NCBI GenBank assembly: GCA_016191875.1
Contig: JACPVG010000016.1
Coordinates: 42,444 to 106,443, forward strand
Direction: 5' to 3'
Source: Chloroflexota bacterium
GTDB taxonomy: Bacteria; Chloroflexota; Anaerolineae; Anaerolineales; UBA11579
DNA: 64,000 nucleotides
Shown: one piece after another, positions 26,502 through 35,655 of the stretch
Numbering within the stretch: the first letter of the stretch is position 1
Layout of the letters: every line of letters begins with the position of its first letter
Notes under the pieces: model-generated
Seen by the model: the letters and a program-made list of their open reading frames with translations, nothing else
Told to the model about the DNA's origin: nothing
The model's database searches: none
Program-made: the position numbers and the translations under genes

Positions 26502-27844
26502 TGTTCCATCCACATACCGAGAACGATCGGCAGGAGATGCTCAAGGCGATCGGTGTTGGGTCGCTTGAAGATCTCTTTTCCGGTATTCCTGAGAAACATC
26601 GTTTTCCCAGGCTCGACCTGCCAGAGCCGCTGACTGAAATGGAAGCGCTGGCCGAATTGCAGTCGATCGCGTCCGAAAATGACACAGCTCAGGACCTACC
26701 CTGTTTTCTGGGGGCGGGCGCCTATCATCACTATATCCCGGCCGTGGTCGATTCGATACTCAGGCGGGGAGAGTTCTACACGGCCTATACGCCCTATCAG
26801 CCCGAAATTTCCCAAGGCACGCTCCAGGTAATATTCGAATACCAGAGCCACATTGTGAACCTTACCGGCATGGATGTGTCGAATGCCTCGCATTACGATG
26901 GGGCAACGGCTGCGGCGGAGGCGATCAACATGGCGCAAGCCATCCAGCGCGGGAAGCGTAACAAGGCAGTGATCTCTCCGGCGGTGCATCCACACTACCG
27001 CGCCACCATCGATACTTACATCAAGAGCGCGGATTTCGAGATCGTTGGCGGAGACTTGGCGCCTACATCTGGACCGGAAGCGCTGATACCGCTCATCGAC
27101 CAGGATACCGCCGTGGTTATGGTGCAGTACCCGGATTTCTTCGGCCGCCTGTATGACTATGCCACGTTGAGTCGCGCGACGCATGAACTCGGTGCGTTGC
27201 TTGCCGTGGTGGTCAACCCGATAGCCCTGGCGATACTCAAGCCGCCAGCGGATTTCGGGGCAGACATCGTGTGCGGGGAGGGTCAGTCGCTGGGGCTGCC
27301 GCTCTCATTCGGCGGACCCTACCTGGGAATCCTTGCCACCAAGAACGAATACGTCCGAACCATCGCCGGACGGCTGGTGGGGGAAACGACCGACAGCGAT
27401 GGCAAGCGCGGATACGTGCTAACCCTGAGCACACGCGAACAGCACATCCGCCGCGAAAAGGCGGGCTCGAACATCTGCACCAATCAGGGTCTGATGGCAC
27501 TGGCGGCTACCGTTTACATCAGTCTGGTCGGGAAAGAGGGACTGCGCGAGGTGGCCGACCTGTGTTACCAAAAGGCGCATTACGCCGCCGGCGAGATCTC
27601 AAAGCTTAAGGGGTTCGCCTTGTGGCATGATGGCGAATTTTTCCACGAGTTTGTGGTGGCTTGCCCGCGTCCGGCCGAGGAAATCAACGCGCATCTCCTG
27701 GCCAACGGAATTCTTGGTGGGTACGCGGTCGGCAACGATTACCCAGAGATGGAGAATGCTGTCATGTTCGCAGTGACCGAGATGAATTCGCGTGAAGAGA
27801 TCGACTACCTGGTGAGCGTGTTGGCGGAGGTTGGCGATGACTGA
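26501..27844 (+). CDS. gcvPA: Glycine dehydrogenase (decarboxylating) subunit 1
   Basis: MFHPHTENDRQEMLKAIGV...FLGAGAYHHYIPAVV... TGATG overlap with the gcvH stop. Confidence 0.95.
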   Translation: MFHPHTENDRQEMLKAIGVGSLEDLFSGIPEKHRFPRLDLPEPLTEMEALAELQSIASENDTAQDLPCFLGAGAYHHYIPAVVDSILRRGEFYTAYTPYQPEISQGTLQVIFEYQSHIVNLTGMDVSNASHYDGATAAAEAINMAQAIQRGKRNKAVISPAVHPHYRATIDTYIKSADFEIVGGDLAPTSGPEALIPLIDQDTAVVMVQYPDFFGRLYDYATLSRATHELGALLAVVVNPIALAILKPPADFGADIVCGEGQSLGLPLSFGGPYLGILATKNEYVRTIAGRLVGETTDSDGKRGYVLTLSTREQHIRREKAGSNICTNQGLMALAATVYISLVGKEGLREVADLCYQKAHYAAGEISKLKGFALWHDGEFFHEFVVACPRPAEEINAHLLANGILGGYAVGNDYPEMENAVMFAVTEMNSREEIDYLVSVLAEVGDD

Positions 27845-29306
27845 AGCGGTGATTTATGACAAATCCGTCCCGGAGCGGCGCGGAGTGCGTTTTCCCGCAT
27901 CCGACGTCCCCAAGGCAAGTCTGCCGGCCAAGTTTAGGCGCAAAGGACTGACTCTTCCCGAAGTGGGCGAGCTGGAGGTGGCGCGCCACTTTACCCGCCT
28001 TTCTCAACTTAATCACAGCATCACCATCGGATTTTATCCGCTGGGTTCCTGCACCATGAAGTACAACCCGGTCATCAATGAAGAGACCGCCCGCCTGCCT
28101 GGCTTTGCCGCTATCCACCCACTACAGCCGGCTGAGACCGTGCAGGGCGCGCTGGCGTTGATGTATTTCCTGCAGCAGTTCCTGGCGGAGATCGGCGGTT
28201 TTGCGGGAGTGACGCTGCAACCCGCGGCCGGCGCACAGGGAGAGCTCACCGGGGTGATGATCATCCGCAAATATCACTATAAGAACGGGCAGGGGCAGCG
28301 CACCAAGATTCTTGTACCTGATTCGGCGCATGGCACCAACCCGGCCACCTCGGCGATGACGAACTACCAGGTGGTGGAGATCGCTTCAGACGAGCGCGGC
28401 AACATCGACCTGGAGGCGCTCAAGAAAGAACTGGATGACAGCGTGGCCGGGTTGATGCTGACCAACCCGAACACCCTCGGCCTGTTCGAGGAGCACGTGG
28501 AGGAAGTCATCCGCGCTGTTCACAGCGTGGGCGGGCTGGTCTACGGCGACGGAGCCAATATGAACGCCCTGCTCGGTGTGGCCCGCCCCGGAGACCTGGG
28601 CTTTGACATCCTGCATTACAACCTGCACAAGACCTTTACGACGCCGCACGGCGGGGGCGGGCCGGGCTGTGGCCCGGTTGCGGTCGCGGCCCACCTGGCG
28701 GATTACCTGCCTGGCCCGGTGGTTGAGGTCATTGAAGAAGGAAACGGGGAACAGCCGCCGGTCTTCGGGTTCATCACACCCAAGCACAGCATTGGCCGGG
28801 TGAAGGCATTTCACGGCCACTTTGGGATGATGGTGCGGGCGTTCACCTATATCCTGATGCACGGCGATCGTGGCCTGAGGGAAGTTGCCCAGCACGCGGT
28901 GCTCAACGCCAACTACCTGATGCACCAACTGAAAGACGTGTTCTCGCTGCCTTATGACCGAACGTGCATGCACGAGTTCGTGCTTGAAGGCCGCTGGGCG
29001 GACGCGCCGGATGTGCATGCGCTGGACGTGTCCAAGCGCCTGATGGACTTCGGTTTCCATCCGCCGACGAATTATTTCCCCCTGATCGTGCGCGAAGCGC
29101 TGATGATCGAGCCGACGGAAACGGAGACCAAGGAAACCCTGGATGCTTTTGCGGCGGCGATGCGTCAGATCGCCGATGAAGCGCACAACGACCCGGACGT
29201 GCTGCACGCCGCGCCGCACGTCACGCCCATAAAGCGGCTGGACGAAGTAAGCGCAGCCCGCAACCTGGTGTTGTGCTGCATGCCGCCCGGCAGGGAACCG
29301 GCCTGA
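27837..29306 (+). CDS. gcvPB: Glycine dehydrogenase (decarboxylating) subunit 2
   Basis: ...LGSCTMKYNP...NLHKTFTTPHGGGGPG (PLP Lys). GGAGG lies 6 nt before the ATG at 27837. Overlaps the gcvPA end. Confidence 0.95.
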   Translation: MTEAVIYDKSVPERRGVRFPASDVPKASLPAKFRRKGLTLPEVGELEVARHFTRLSQLNHSITIGFYPLGSCTMKYNPVINEETARLPGFAAIHPLQPAETVQGALALMYFLQQFLAEIGGFAGVTLQPAAGAQGELTGVMIIRKYHYKNGQGQRTKILVPDSAHGTNPATSAMTNYQVVEIASDERGNIDLEALKKELDDSVAGLMLTNPNTLGLFEEHVEEVIRAVHSVGGLVYGDGANMNALLGVARPGDLGFDILHYNLHKTFTTPHGGGGPGCGPVAVAAHLADYLPGPVVEVIEEGNGEQPPVFGFITPKHSIGRVKAFHGHFGMMVRAFTYILMHGDRGLREVAQHAVLNANYLMHQLKDVFSLPYDRTCMHEFVLEGRWADAPDVHALDVSKRLMDFGFHPPTNYFPLIVREALMIEPTETETKETLDAFAAAMRQIADEAHNDPDVLHAAPHVTPIKRLDEVSAARNLVLCCMPPGREPA

Positions 29307-29310
29307 AGCG

Positions 29311-29343
29311 AGCGCCCACGGCAGGTTCGTGGGCGCTTTTTTG
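29311..29343 (+). terminator. Rho-independent terminator after gcvPB
   Basis: AGCGCCCACG-GCAGGTT-CGTGGGCGCT followed by TTTTTT. Confidence 0.8.
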
Positions 29344-29376
29344 TTGACGCAGGCAAGTGGTAAAATTCCTGCCCCT

Positions 29377-31086
29377 ATGGGTACACGATTCCAATTATCC
29401 AGTTTGAGCGATACAGTTCAGATCTTCTTGCCGGATGGGCGCGCCATTAGCGGCCCGCGCGGCGCGGAGGTGGGGGATTTCCTGACGTTGATCGGGGATG
29501 TGGAACAGGCGCAGATCGTTGGGGCGTTGATCAACGGCGTGCTGCGTGAACTGACTACCCCAATCGAGATCGAATCCAGAGTCGAACCACTGGTAATGGA
29601 CACAACCGATGGGATGCGCATCTACCGCCGGTCGTTGACTTTCCTTCTGGATACGGTGTTCGAGGAACTTTATCCGGGTAGCCACCTGATCGTTGACCAT
29701 TCGGTCTCCTTCGGCGGATACTTCTGCCGCGTGACCGGCTGCGAACCGCTGACCCAGGCCGACCTGGACAGGATTTCAGCGCGAATGCGCGAGCTTGTTG
29801 AGCAAGACCTGCCTATCGCGCGCAAAGAGGTGCCGCTGGCCGAAGCCATCGAAATGTTCCAGGCGGCCGGGCAGTTGGACAAAGTGCAACTGCTGGCACA
29901 CCGGAAGAAAGACTACCTCATTCTTTACGAATTGAACGGCAACCGGGACTACCATCACGGTTATATGGTGCCCTCAAGCGGTTATTTGCGCTGGTTCGAA
30001 CTGTCCTACATTGAGGGTGGATTCACCCTGCGATTTCCGCGCCGGCATAGCTCCACTGAAATCCAACCTCTGGGTGACTACCCCAAATTGCTGGCGACCT
30101 TCCGTGAATATGGCGATTGGCTCGAAACGCTGGGCATCGACAGCGTGGGCGCGCTCGACGATGCCATCCAGGAAGGCCGCATTCGGGAAGTTATCCTGGT
30201 TTCGGAGGCGCTGCACGAGCAGCGCATTGCAGACATCGCCAGCCAGATCGCGGCCAGGAAGGATGAAGTGCGGGTCGTACTAATTGCCGGACCCTCTTCT
30301 TCGGGGAAGACCACGACCTCCAAGCGCTTGTCGGTGCAACTGTTGACCTATGGGTTGCATCCCTATCCGCTGGAGATGGACAACTTCTTCGTCGCCCGCG
30401 ACCGTACACCGAAAGACGAGAAGGGTGAATTCGATTTTGAACACATCGACGCCATTGACCGGCCGCGGTTGAACCGGGACCTGAAAAGACTGATCGCCGG
30501 CGAGCTGGTGCAACTGCCCCGTTACGATTTTCAGTCAGGGGATAGCGTTCGAGGGAAACGGGTGCAATTGGCGGAGAATCAGATCATCATCGTGGAAGGG
30601 ATTCATGGACTGAACCCGAAGTTGCTGTCGGAGATCCCCGAATCGCAGTTGTTCCGTATTTACATCTCGGCGCTCACCCAGCTGAATCTGGACCGGCACA
30701 ACCGGGTTTCGACCACCGACAACCGGCTGATCCGCCGAATCGTGCGGGATGCGCGCACACGCGGCTACAGCCCACAGGAAACGATTCGCCGGTGGGAATC
30801 TGTGCGGCGTGGCGAGAAGAACTATATATTCCCGTATCAGGAGAATGCCGACGTGATCTTCAACTCTGCGCTTGTTTATGAACTGGCGGCGCTGAAGACC
30901 CAGGCGGAGCCGCTCTTGCGACAGGTACCGGTTACCAGCCCGGAGCGCGTTGAGGTGAAACGCCTGCTGGCGCTGCTGGAGTGGTTTCTGCCTCTGGACG
31001 CCGACCTGATTCCTGATAACTCGCTCCTACGGGAATTCATCGGTGGTTCGATCCTGGAGGACTTCCAGGTGTGGAAAAATCCCTGA
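29377..31086 (+). CDS. Uridine-kinase/PRK-family P-loop protein with ThrRS-like N-terminal TGS and second-additional-like domains
   Basis: N-terminus [23 protein letters not shown] (TGS-like). P-loop [10 protein letters not shown]. ...[11 protein letters not shown]. Start trimmed to the ATG at 29377, downstream of the terminator. Confidence 0.8.
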   Translation: MGTRFQLSSLSDTVQIFLPDGRAISGPRGAEVGDFLTLIGDVEQAQIVGALINGVLRELTTPIEIESRVEPLVMDTTDGMRIYRRSLTFLLDTVFEELYPGSHLIVDHSVSFGGYFCRVTGCEPLTQADLDRISARMRELVEQDLPIARKEVPLAEAIEMFQAAGQLDKVQLLAHRKKDYLILYELNGNRDYHHGYMVPSSGYLRWFELSYIEGGFTLRFPRRHSSTEIQPLGDYPKLLATFREYGDWLETLGIDSVGALDDAIQEGRIREVILVSEALHEQRIADIASQIAARKDEVRVVLIAGPSSSGKTTTSKRLSVQLLTYGLHPYPLEMDNFFVARDRTPKDEKGEFDFEHIDAIDRPRLNRDLKRLIAGELVQLPRYDFQSGDSVRGKRVQLAENQIIIVEGIHGLNPKLLSEIPESQLFRIYISALTQLNLDRHNRVSTTDNRLIRRIVRDARTRGYSPQETIRRWESVRRGEKNYIFPYQENADVIFNSALVYELAALKTQAEPLLRQVPVTSPERVEVKRLLALLEWFLPLDADLIPDNSLLREFIGGSILEDFQVWKNP

Positions 31087-31106
31087 TTCATAAGGAGCAT
31101 CGCAGC

Positions 31107-31607
31107 ATGGGCATCGAGAAGCGCAGAAGACCGATCAACAACGGCCAGCGCATGGCGCTGTTCATCGCCGTTCTGGGCGTCATGTTCACTCTTTATTTTG
31201 TGGCGCAATCGCTCAGGGAGGCCAGGCCCGAAGGCGGAATCGACTCGTTCATCGACCCGAATGTCGAGTTGATCACAACCGCCTCCGGACTTCAATATCA
31301 AGACATCCTGGTTGGGGGCGGAGCACAGGCCGAGGCCGGGCAGGTGGTGGAAGTGCACTATACGGGATGGCTGCTTGACGGCACCCAGTTTGATTCCAGC
31401 CTATCCAGGAATCAGGCATTTGAGTTCTTGCTGGGAGCCGGGCAGGTGATCGCCGGATGGGATGAAGGCGTGGCGGGGATGCAGGTGGGCGGAAAACGCC
31501 TGCTGTTCATCCCGGCCGACCTGGGCTACGGGGAGCGCGGGGCGGGGGGCGTGATCCCACCCAATGCCACCCTGGTGTTTGAGGTGGAGTTGTTGGCCAT
31601 AAAGTAA
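31107..31607 (+). CDS. FKBP-type peptidyl-prolyl cis-trans isomerase, membrane-anchored
   Basis: [18 protein letters not shown]...[33 protein letters not shown]...LVFEVELL. N-terminal TM. AAGGAG SD before the ATG at 31107. Confidence 0.88.
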   Translation: MGIEKRRRPINNGQRMALFIAVLGVMFTLYFVAQSLREARPEGGIDSFIDPNVELITTASGLQYQDILVGGGAQAEAGQVVEVHYTGWLLDGTQFDSSLSRNQAFEFLLGAGQVIAGWDEGVAGMQVGGKRLLFIPADLGYGERGAGGVIPPNATLVFEVELLAIK

Positions 31608-31660
31608 CCGCTGTGTAGGGTTCACGGGAGGACATCCAGGCCCCCTGACCTTTGTGTTAA

Positions 31661-31694
31661 CAACAGAGTGGCCGCGAGCGCGGCCACTCTGTTG
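31661..31694. terminator. 15-bp perfect hairpin between convergent genes (terminator-like, no clean T-run)
   Basis: CAACAGAGTGGCCGC-GAGC-GCGGCCACTCTGTTG. Confidence 0.45.
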
Positions 31695-31709
31695 TGTAGT
31701 AGCAAGCAT

Positions 31710-34700
31710 TCACGCCTTGGGGAAGCGACTGATCACGATAGCCGGGGTAGGGATGGTCGCGCGGTCGCCAGGTTTCAATTCAGCCGGAGTTTTGCCGGGC
31801 TTATCAGAGGCGCTCTGGAAAACCAGCCATGGCGTATCCTTTTTGGTAAATTCCGATTCGACGAAAGCCTGACCGGTGAGGAAGCCGTCGGAATCGATGG
31901 CGCAGGAAGTTACCTTGCCGATGACCTTGCCGCGCTTATCGAGCACGGGATCGCCCAAGTGCGCCATGCGGACGCCTTTTTCCATGAACCGGAAACGAGC
32001 CACCCGCCCTTTGCGGGCGGCTTCTCGGGCGAGGAAGGCATCCCTGCCTACGAACCAGGGCTTGTAGGTCTTCACGTACGTGCCGAAGGCCGCCTCGCCA
32101 ACCCCCAGGTTGAGTTCACCGCCCATTTCGTGCCCGTAGAGCGGCAGGCCGGCCTCGGTTCGCAGCGAATCGCGCGCGCCCAGGCCGCAGGGCTTCAGGC
32201 CGAGCGGCGCGCCGGCTTCAAGCAGCCGATCCCAGAGTTCAGGCGCTATACCGGGGTGGATGAAAAGCTCGAAAGCCATCGATTCGCCCGTGTAGCCGGT
32301 GCGGGAAACCACCAGGTCAAAGCCGCCAACCACGGCCTCGCACAACTCGGTGCGCTTGAGCCCCGCGATGCGGGCGCGGGTTTCTTCGTCAACGCCGAGG
32401 GATAACAGAATCTCGCGGGACTTCGGACCCTGGAGGGCGATATCCACGCGCATGTCATCGCCTTCCTTCGGGTCGCGCAGGTTGCGCAGGCGGACGTTGC
32501 GACCGAAGGCCCGGCTGGCAGAGCGTTTGCGGTCCACGAGGAGTTCCCCACTGCGGATGCCCTGAAGCCAGGCCCAGTCCTTATCGTCGTTGGAGGCGTT
32601 GACCACCACAAGGTAACGGTCTTCCCCACGCCGATAAACGAGCAGGTCGTCAATCACGTTAGCGTCGGGATCAAGGAAGTGGGTGTATAGTGATTCTCCC
32701 ACTTTCAGCGCGGATATGTCGTTGCCACAGACCGAATCGAGGAAGGTGGCCGCGTCGGAGCCTTCGGCCTGATACACCCCCATGTGGGAGACATCGAACA
32801 GGCCGGCGGCCTGCCGTACAGCCAGATGTTCCTCGACCACCGACGAATACCAGACGGGCATATCCCAGCCGGCAAACGGGACCATTTTAGCCCCAAGGGC
32901 CTTATGGGCAGCATGCAGGCTGGTCACCCGTAGTTCAGTCGGTTCGGTTTCGGTCCAGGTAAAGTCGGGCAAGGGGTTTGCGGTGGAGGAGCCGGCGCCG
33001 ATGAAATATGGCTTGGTATCGCCCTTCTCCGGTTTGCCCTTGGCGGCGTCAGCGGGCTGTTCAGATTCCTTGATCGATATGGGGCCGGGCAGTTTGCGCA
33101 GAAGGTCGTCATCGATCTTCACATAGCCATCCGAAAGGTCGCGCAGCCAGGTCGCCACGCGGCCAAAGTCTTTGGCTGGCAGGCTCAATCTAAACGAGTC
33201 TGTGCCTGCTTTGGCGATCACGACGCTTGCCGGACCATCCGGGTGATTGAGGGTAGCCGGTCGTGGAGAGCCGGCTTTCTTGTCTTCCAGGTCGGCAGAG
33301 AGTATGAAGTTCATGAACTGGTCGGCGCGCGGCCCATGGATGTCGAGGGCAACATGGTCTGAATCACTGGCGGGACGGTCATCGGCGTAGAAAAAATGGG
33401 GGTACGAGGAGGTGGGTGGAGTGAAGTCGATCCCGGCCGTAAGGGCCAGGTTGCGGGTACGCAGGCGGGCATCCTGAAGAACTGCGAAGTCGACCTTGGC
33501 GCGCTGGTTCAGTTTGCGAGTCGACTCCTGGCGAAAAGGTGTGCAGGCCTGCAGAAGGTCGGCGATGACATCGGCCAGGACGGCGGTCTCTTTTTCGCCG
33601 AAGCCACGCTGGGTGATCCAGGGCGTGCCCATGCGGATGCCGGAAGGGTTGAGCGCCGAGCGGTCACCGGGGATGGTGTTGCGGTTGACCACGATGCCGG
33701 CCAGGTCGAGGATGCGGGCGGCCATATCGCCGGTGAGGGGTGTGCCATCCGGGCCCTGCACCGAGCGAACATCCAAGTTCATCAGGTGGCTGCCAGTCCC
33801 TCCGAAGGGTATGCGGAAACCGCGCTCCTGGAAGCGCTGGGTAAAGGCGGCGCAATTCTTCACAATCTGTTCCTGGAGGCTCCGGAATTCGGGCGTGCGA
33901 GCGAGTTTGAAGGTAATAGCCAGGGCGGCGAAGACGTTGACGTGCGGGCCACCTTGTTCGCCGGGGAACACAGCCCGGTCGATCTTCCTGGAGAGTTCCC
34001 TGTTTGTGGTCAGGATTATGGCGCCGCGCGGCCCGCAGAGCGTCTTGTGGGTGGTGGAGGTGATGACGTGGGCGTGCCCGACCGGCGAAGGATAGACGCC
34101 GGCGGCCACCAACCCGGCCACATGGGCCATATCGGCCAACAGGTAGGCGCCCACCGAGTCGGCGATGGCGCGCAGGGCGGCCCAATCTGCGGGCCAGGGA
34201 TACGAAGAGAACCCGCCGATAATCATCTTGGGCTTGTGTTGATGGGCCAGGGCGGCAACCGCCTCGTAGTCGATGCGCTCGGTTTGCGGGTCGACGGTGT
34301 AGTGCACGATGTTGTAGTATTTACCAGAGCGGTTGACCGGCGAGCCGTGTGAAAGATGGCCGCCGTGCAGCAAATCCATGCCCATCACGGTATCGCCGGG
34401 GTTGACCAGGGCATGGTAGACGGCGTTGTTGGCTGGCGCGCCGGAGAGCGCCTGGACGTTTACATAGAGATCGTCGGCGCTTACCCCGTTGGCGGCGAAC
34501 GTTTCGGCACAGCGGCGGCGGGCGAGCGCTTCGACGATATCGGCGTACTCGACGCCTTTGTAGTAACGCGGGTCGGAGTATCGGCGGTAATGGCCGAGGC
34601 GGGCGTCGTAATCCAGCAGTTGTTCTTCGGTCATCCAGCGTGTGGCCTCATCGGGATAGCCTTCGGCGTAGATGTTGTGAAAGGGAGTGCTCAACGCTTC

Positions 34701-34838
34701 GCGTACGGCAGCAGGCGAACTGCTCTCGCTGGGGATGAGAATCAGCCGGCGAACCTGGCGCTCGGCTTCGTATTGGGACAGTTCAAAAACAGCCGGATCA
34801 AGATCCTGCATTGAACCGCGAAAAAGGAAATCATCCAT
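31710..34838 (-). CDS. glyA/gcvT: Fusion: serine hydroxymethyltransferase (N) + partial GcvT-like linker domain + aminomethyltransferase GcvT (C), 1042 aa
   Basis: SHMT motifs LIPSESSSP, HVITSTTHKTLCGPRGA (PLP Lys). C-terminal GcvT motifs MVPFAGWDMPVWY, FDVSHMGV, SRTGYTGE, GLGARDSLRTEAGLPLYGHE. Start set to the ATG at 34838 (GAGGAG SD); the track starts at 34901. Confidence 0.9.
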   Translation of the reverse strand: MDDFLFRGSMQDLDPAVFELSQYEAERQVRRLILIPSESSSPAAVREALSTPFHNIYAEGYPDEATRWMTEEQLLDYDARLGHYRRYSDPRYYKGVEYADIVEALARRRCAETFAANGVSADDLYVNVQALSGAPANNAVYHALVNPGDTVMGMDLLHGGHLSHGSPVNRSGKYYNIVHYTVDPQTERIDYEAVAALAHQHKPKMIIGGFSSYPWPADWAALRAIADSVGAYLLADMAHVAGLVAAGVYPSPVGHAHVITSTTHKTLCGPRGAIILTTNRELSRKIDRAVFPGEQGGPHVNVFAALAITFKLARTPEFRSLQEQIVKNCAAFTQRFQERGFRIPFGGTGSHLMNLDVRSVQGPDGTPLTGDMAARILDLAGIVVNRNTIPGDRSALNPSGIRMGTPWITQRGFGEKETAVLADVIADLLQACTPFRQESTRKLNQRAKVDFAVLQDARLRTRNLALTAGIDFTPPTSSYPHFFYADDRPASDSDHVALDIHGPRADQFMNFILSADLEDKKAGSPRPATLNHPDGPASVVIAKAGTDSFRLSLPAKDFGRVATWLRDLSDGYVKIDDDLLRKLPGPISIKESEQPADAAKGKPEKGDTKPYFIGAGSSTANPLPDFTWTETEPTELRVTSLHAAHKALGAKMVPFAGWDMPVWYSSVVEEHLAVRQAAGLFDVSHMGVYQAEGSDAATFLDSVCGNDISALKVGESLYTHFLDPDANVIDDLLVYRRGEDRYLVVVNASNDDKDWAWLQGIRSGELLVDRKRSASRAFGRNVRLRNLRDPKEGDDMRVDIALQGPKSREILLSLGVDEETRARIAGLKRTELCEAVVGGFDLVVSRTGYTGESMAFELFIHPGIAPELWDRLLEAGAPLGLKPCGLGARDSLRTEAGLPLYGHEMGGELNLGVGEAAFGTYVKTYKPWFVGRDAFLAREAARKGRVARFRFMEKGVRMAHLGDPVLDKRGKVIGKVTSCAIDSDGFLTGQAFVESEFTKKDTPWLVFQSASDKPGKTPAELKPGDRATIPTPAIVISRFPKA

Positions 34839-35233
34839 TGGTGGCGCTCCTCGAGAGTATTCGGTGGGATGAATTGTAGTCTTTCGGATGGGCGGGGTCA
34901 AGTTTGCAGACTGGCGGGCAAATAAATAGCGCCGGAGCAGCGTGTCCGCCAGCGAAGAGATTTTCGACTAGTTGGCCTCTAGTCCAAAGTGGGCTGGCCT
35001 ACTTCTCTTCCGGCCGTCGCTTCATCCTCTCGGATGATCTGGCAGATTGCCAGTGGTCAAATTATCCCGCAAGCCTGTCCTGCTTTATTAGTTCGACGGC
35101 CGTCTGAGTATTTGCTTACTCCGGCGTTATTTACTTGTGAATTCAGTATACGGCGGGGGACGGCGGGTATTAGGTGACAGATGTCCCGCTTATGGGGGGA
35201 CAGGTTTCCTGCCTGGCGCATGGGCCGGTAATC

Positions 35234-35260
35234 AAAAGCGCAGGCGAGCCTGCGCTTTTT
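35234..35260. terminator. Bidirectional rho-independent terminator downstream of tRNA-Val
   Basis: AAAA-GCGCAGG-CGAG-CCTGCGC-TTTTT. Confidence 0.7.
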
Positions 35261-35272
35261 GGAAAAAGGAAG

Positions 35273-35346
35273 TGGGCGGGATAGGACTCGAACCTACGAC
35301 TTCTTCCTTGTAAGGGAAGCGCTCTAACCAGCTGAGCTACCCGCCC
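35273..35346 (-). tRNA. tRNA-Val (anticodon TAC)
   Basis: Minus strand GGGCGGGTAGCTCAGCTGGTTAGAGCGCTTCCCTTACAAGGAAGAAGTCGTAGGTTCGAGTCCTATCCCGCCCA. Anticodon loop CTTACAA. 74 nt. Confidence 0.9.
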
Positions 35347-35398
35347 GTGACGCGGATTATAACGCAGTTGGGCACGACCACCCGTTGGAATGGCTGTT

Positions 35399-35530
35399 AG
35401 GTAGTTGGCCATAAGAGCTTTGAATTCTGTCGAAGAGGAACGGCGGCCAACTATTAAGCTGGCCATAAGCATCTTACGTGAGTGTCGCGCTGGAAGGTCG
35501 GAGTGCTTTGCAAAAAGACTTTCGGTGAGG
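35399..35530 (+). repeat. Copy 3 (most diverged) of the ~130-nt intergenic repeat family
   Basis: AGGTAGTTGGCCATAAGAGCTTTGAATTCTGTCG...GGCCAACTATT...CATCTTACGTGAG...GGAAGGTCGGAGTGCTTTGCAAAAAGACTTTCGGTGAGG. Colinear with copy 2. Confidence 0.75.
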
Positions 35531-35620
35531 TACTGGGCACCCGGAAGGTGGCGTGTACGGGATGCCGAGATGTCCCGGCAAAGGAGTATTCGAAGGGTTG
35601 CAAGTCCGCCTGTACATCGT

Positions 35621-35649
35621 TTGCGCGCCCCCTGCAACTATGCTATATT
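35621..35649 (+). promoter_or_regulatory. Candidate promoter TTGCGC-N17-(TGc)TATATT for the rpiR-like gene (candidate leaderless mRNA)
   Basis: The -10 ends at 35649. The ATG at 35656 follows after 6 nt with no SD. Confidence 0.4.
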
Positions 35650-35655
35650 CAACAC

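Noticed and set aside
34905-34955. Hairpin upstream of the SHMT::GcvT gene. On the gene's strand (minus) it reads CGCTGGCGGACAC...CTCCGGCGC...GCCCGCCAGTCTGCA, superficially like a ZTP (pfl) riboswitch (ACTGGCG...CCGG...CCGCCTGGGC). glyA is a classical ZTP-regulated gene.
   Set aside because: The most conserved 3' element (CCGCCTGGGC) is replaced by CCGCCAGTCTGC, so the ligand-contacting TGGG is missing. The P1/P2 architecture is not evident. The two halves simply form one hairpin. Only a cmsearch with RF01750 could rescue this call.
35170-35637. 155-aa minus-strand ORF.
   Set aside because: It reads straight through tRNA-Val, its terminator and repeat copy 3. It is not a protein gene.
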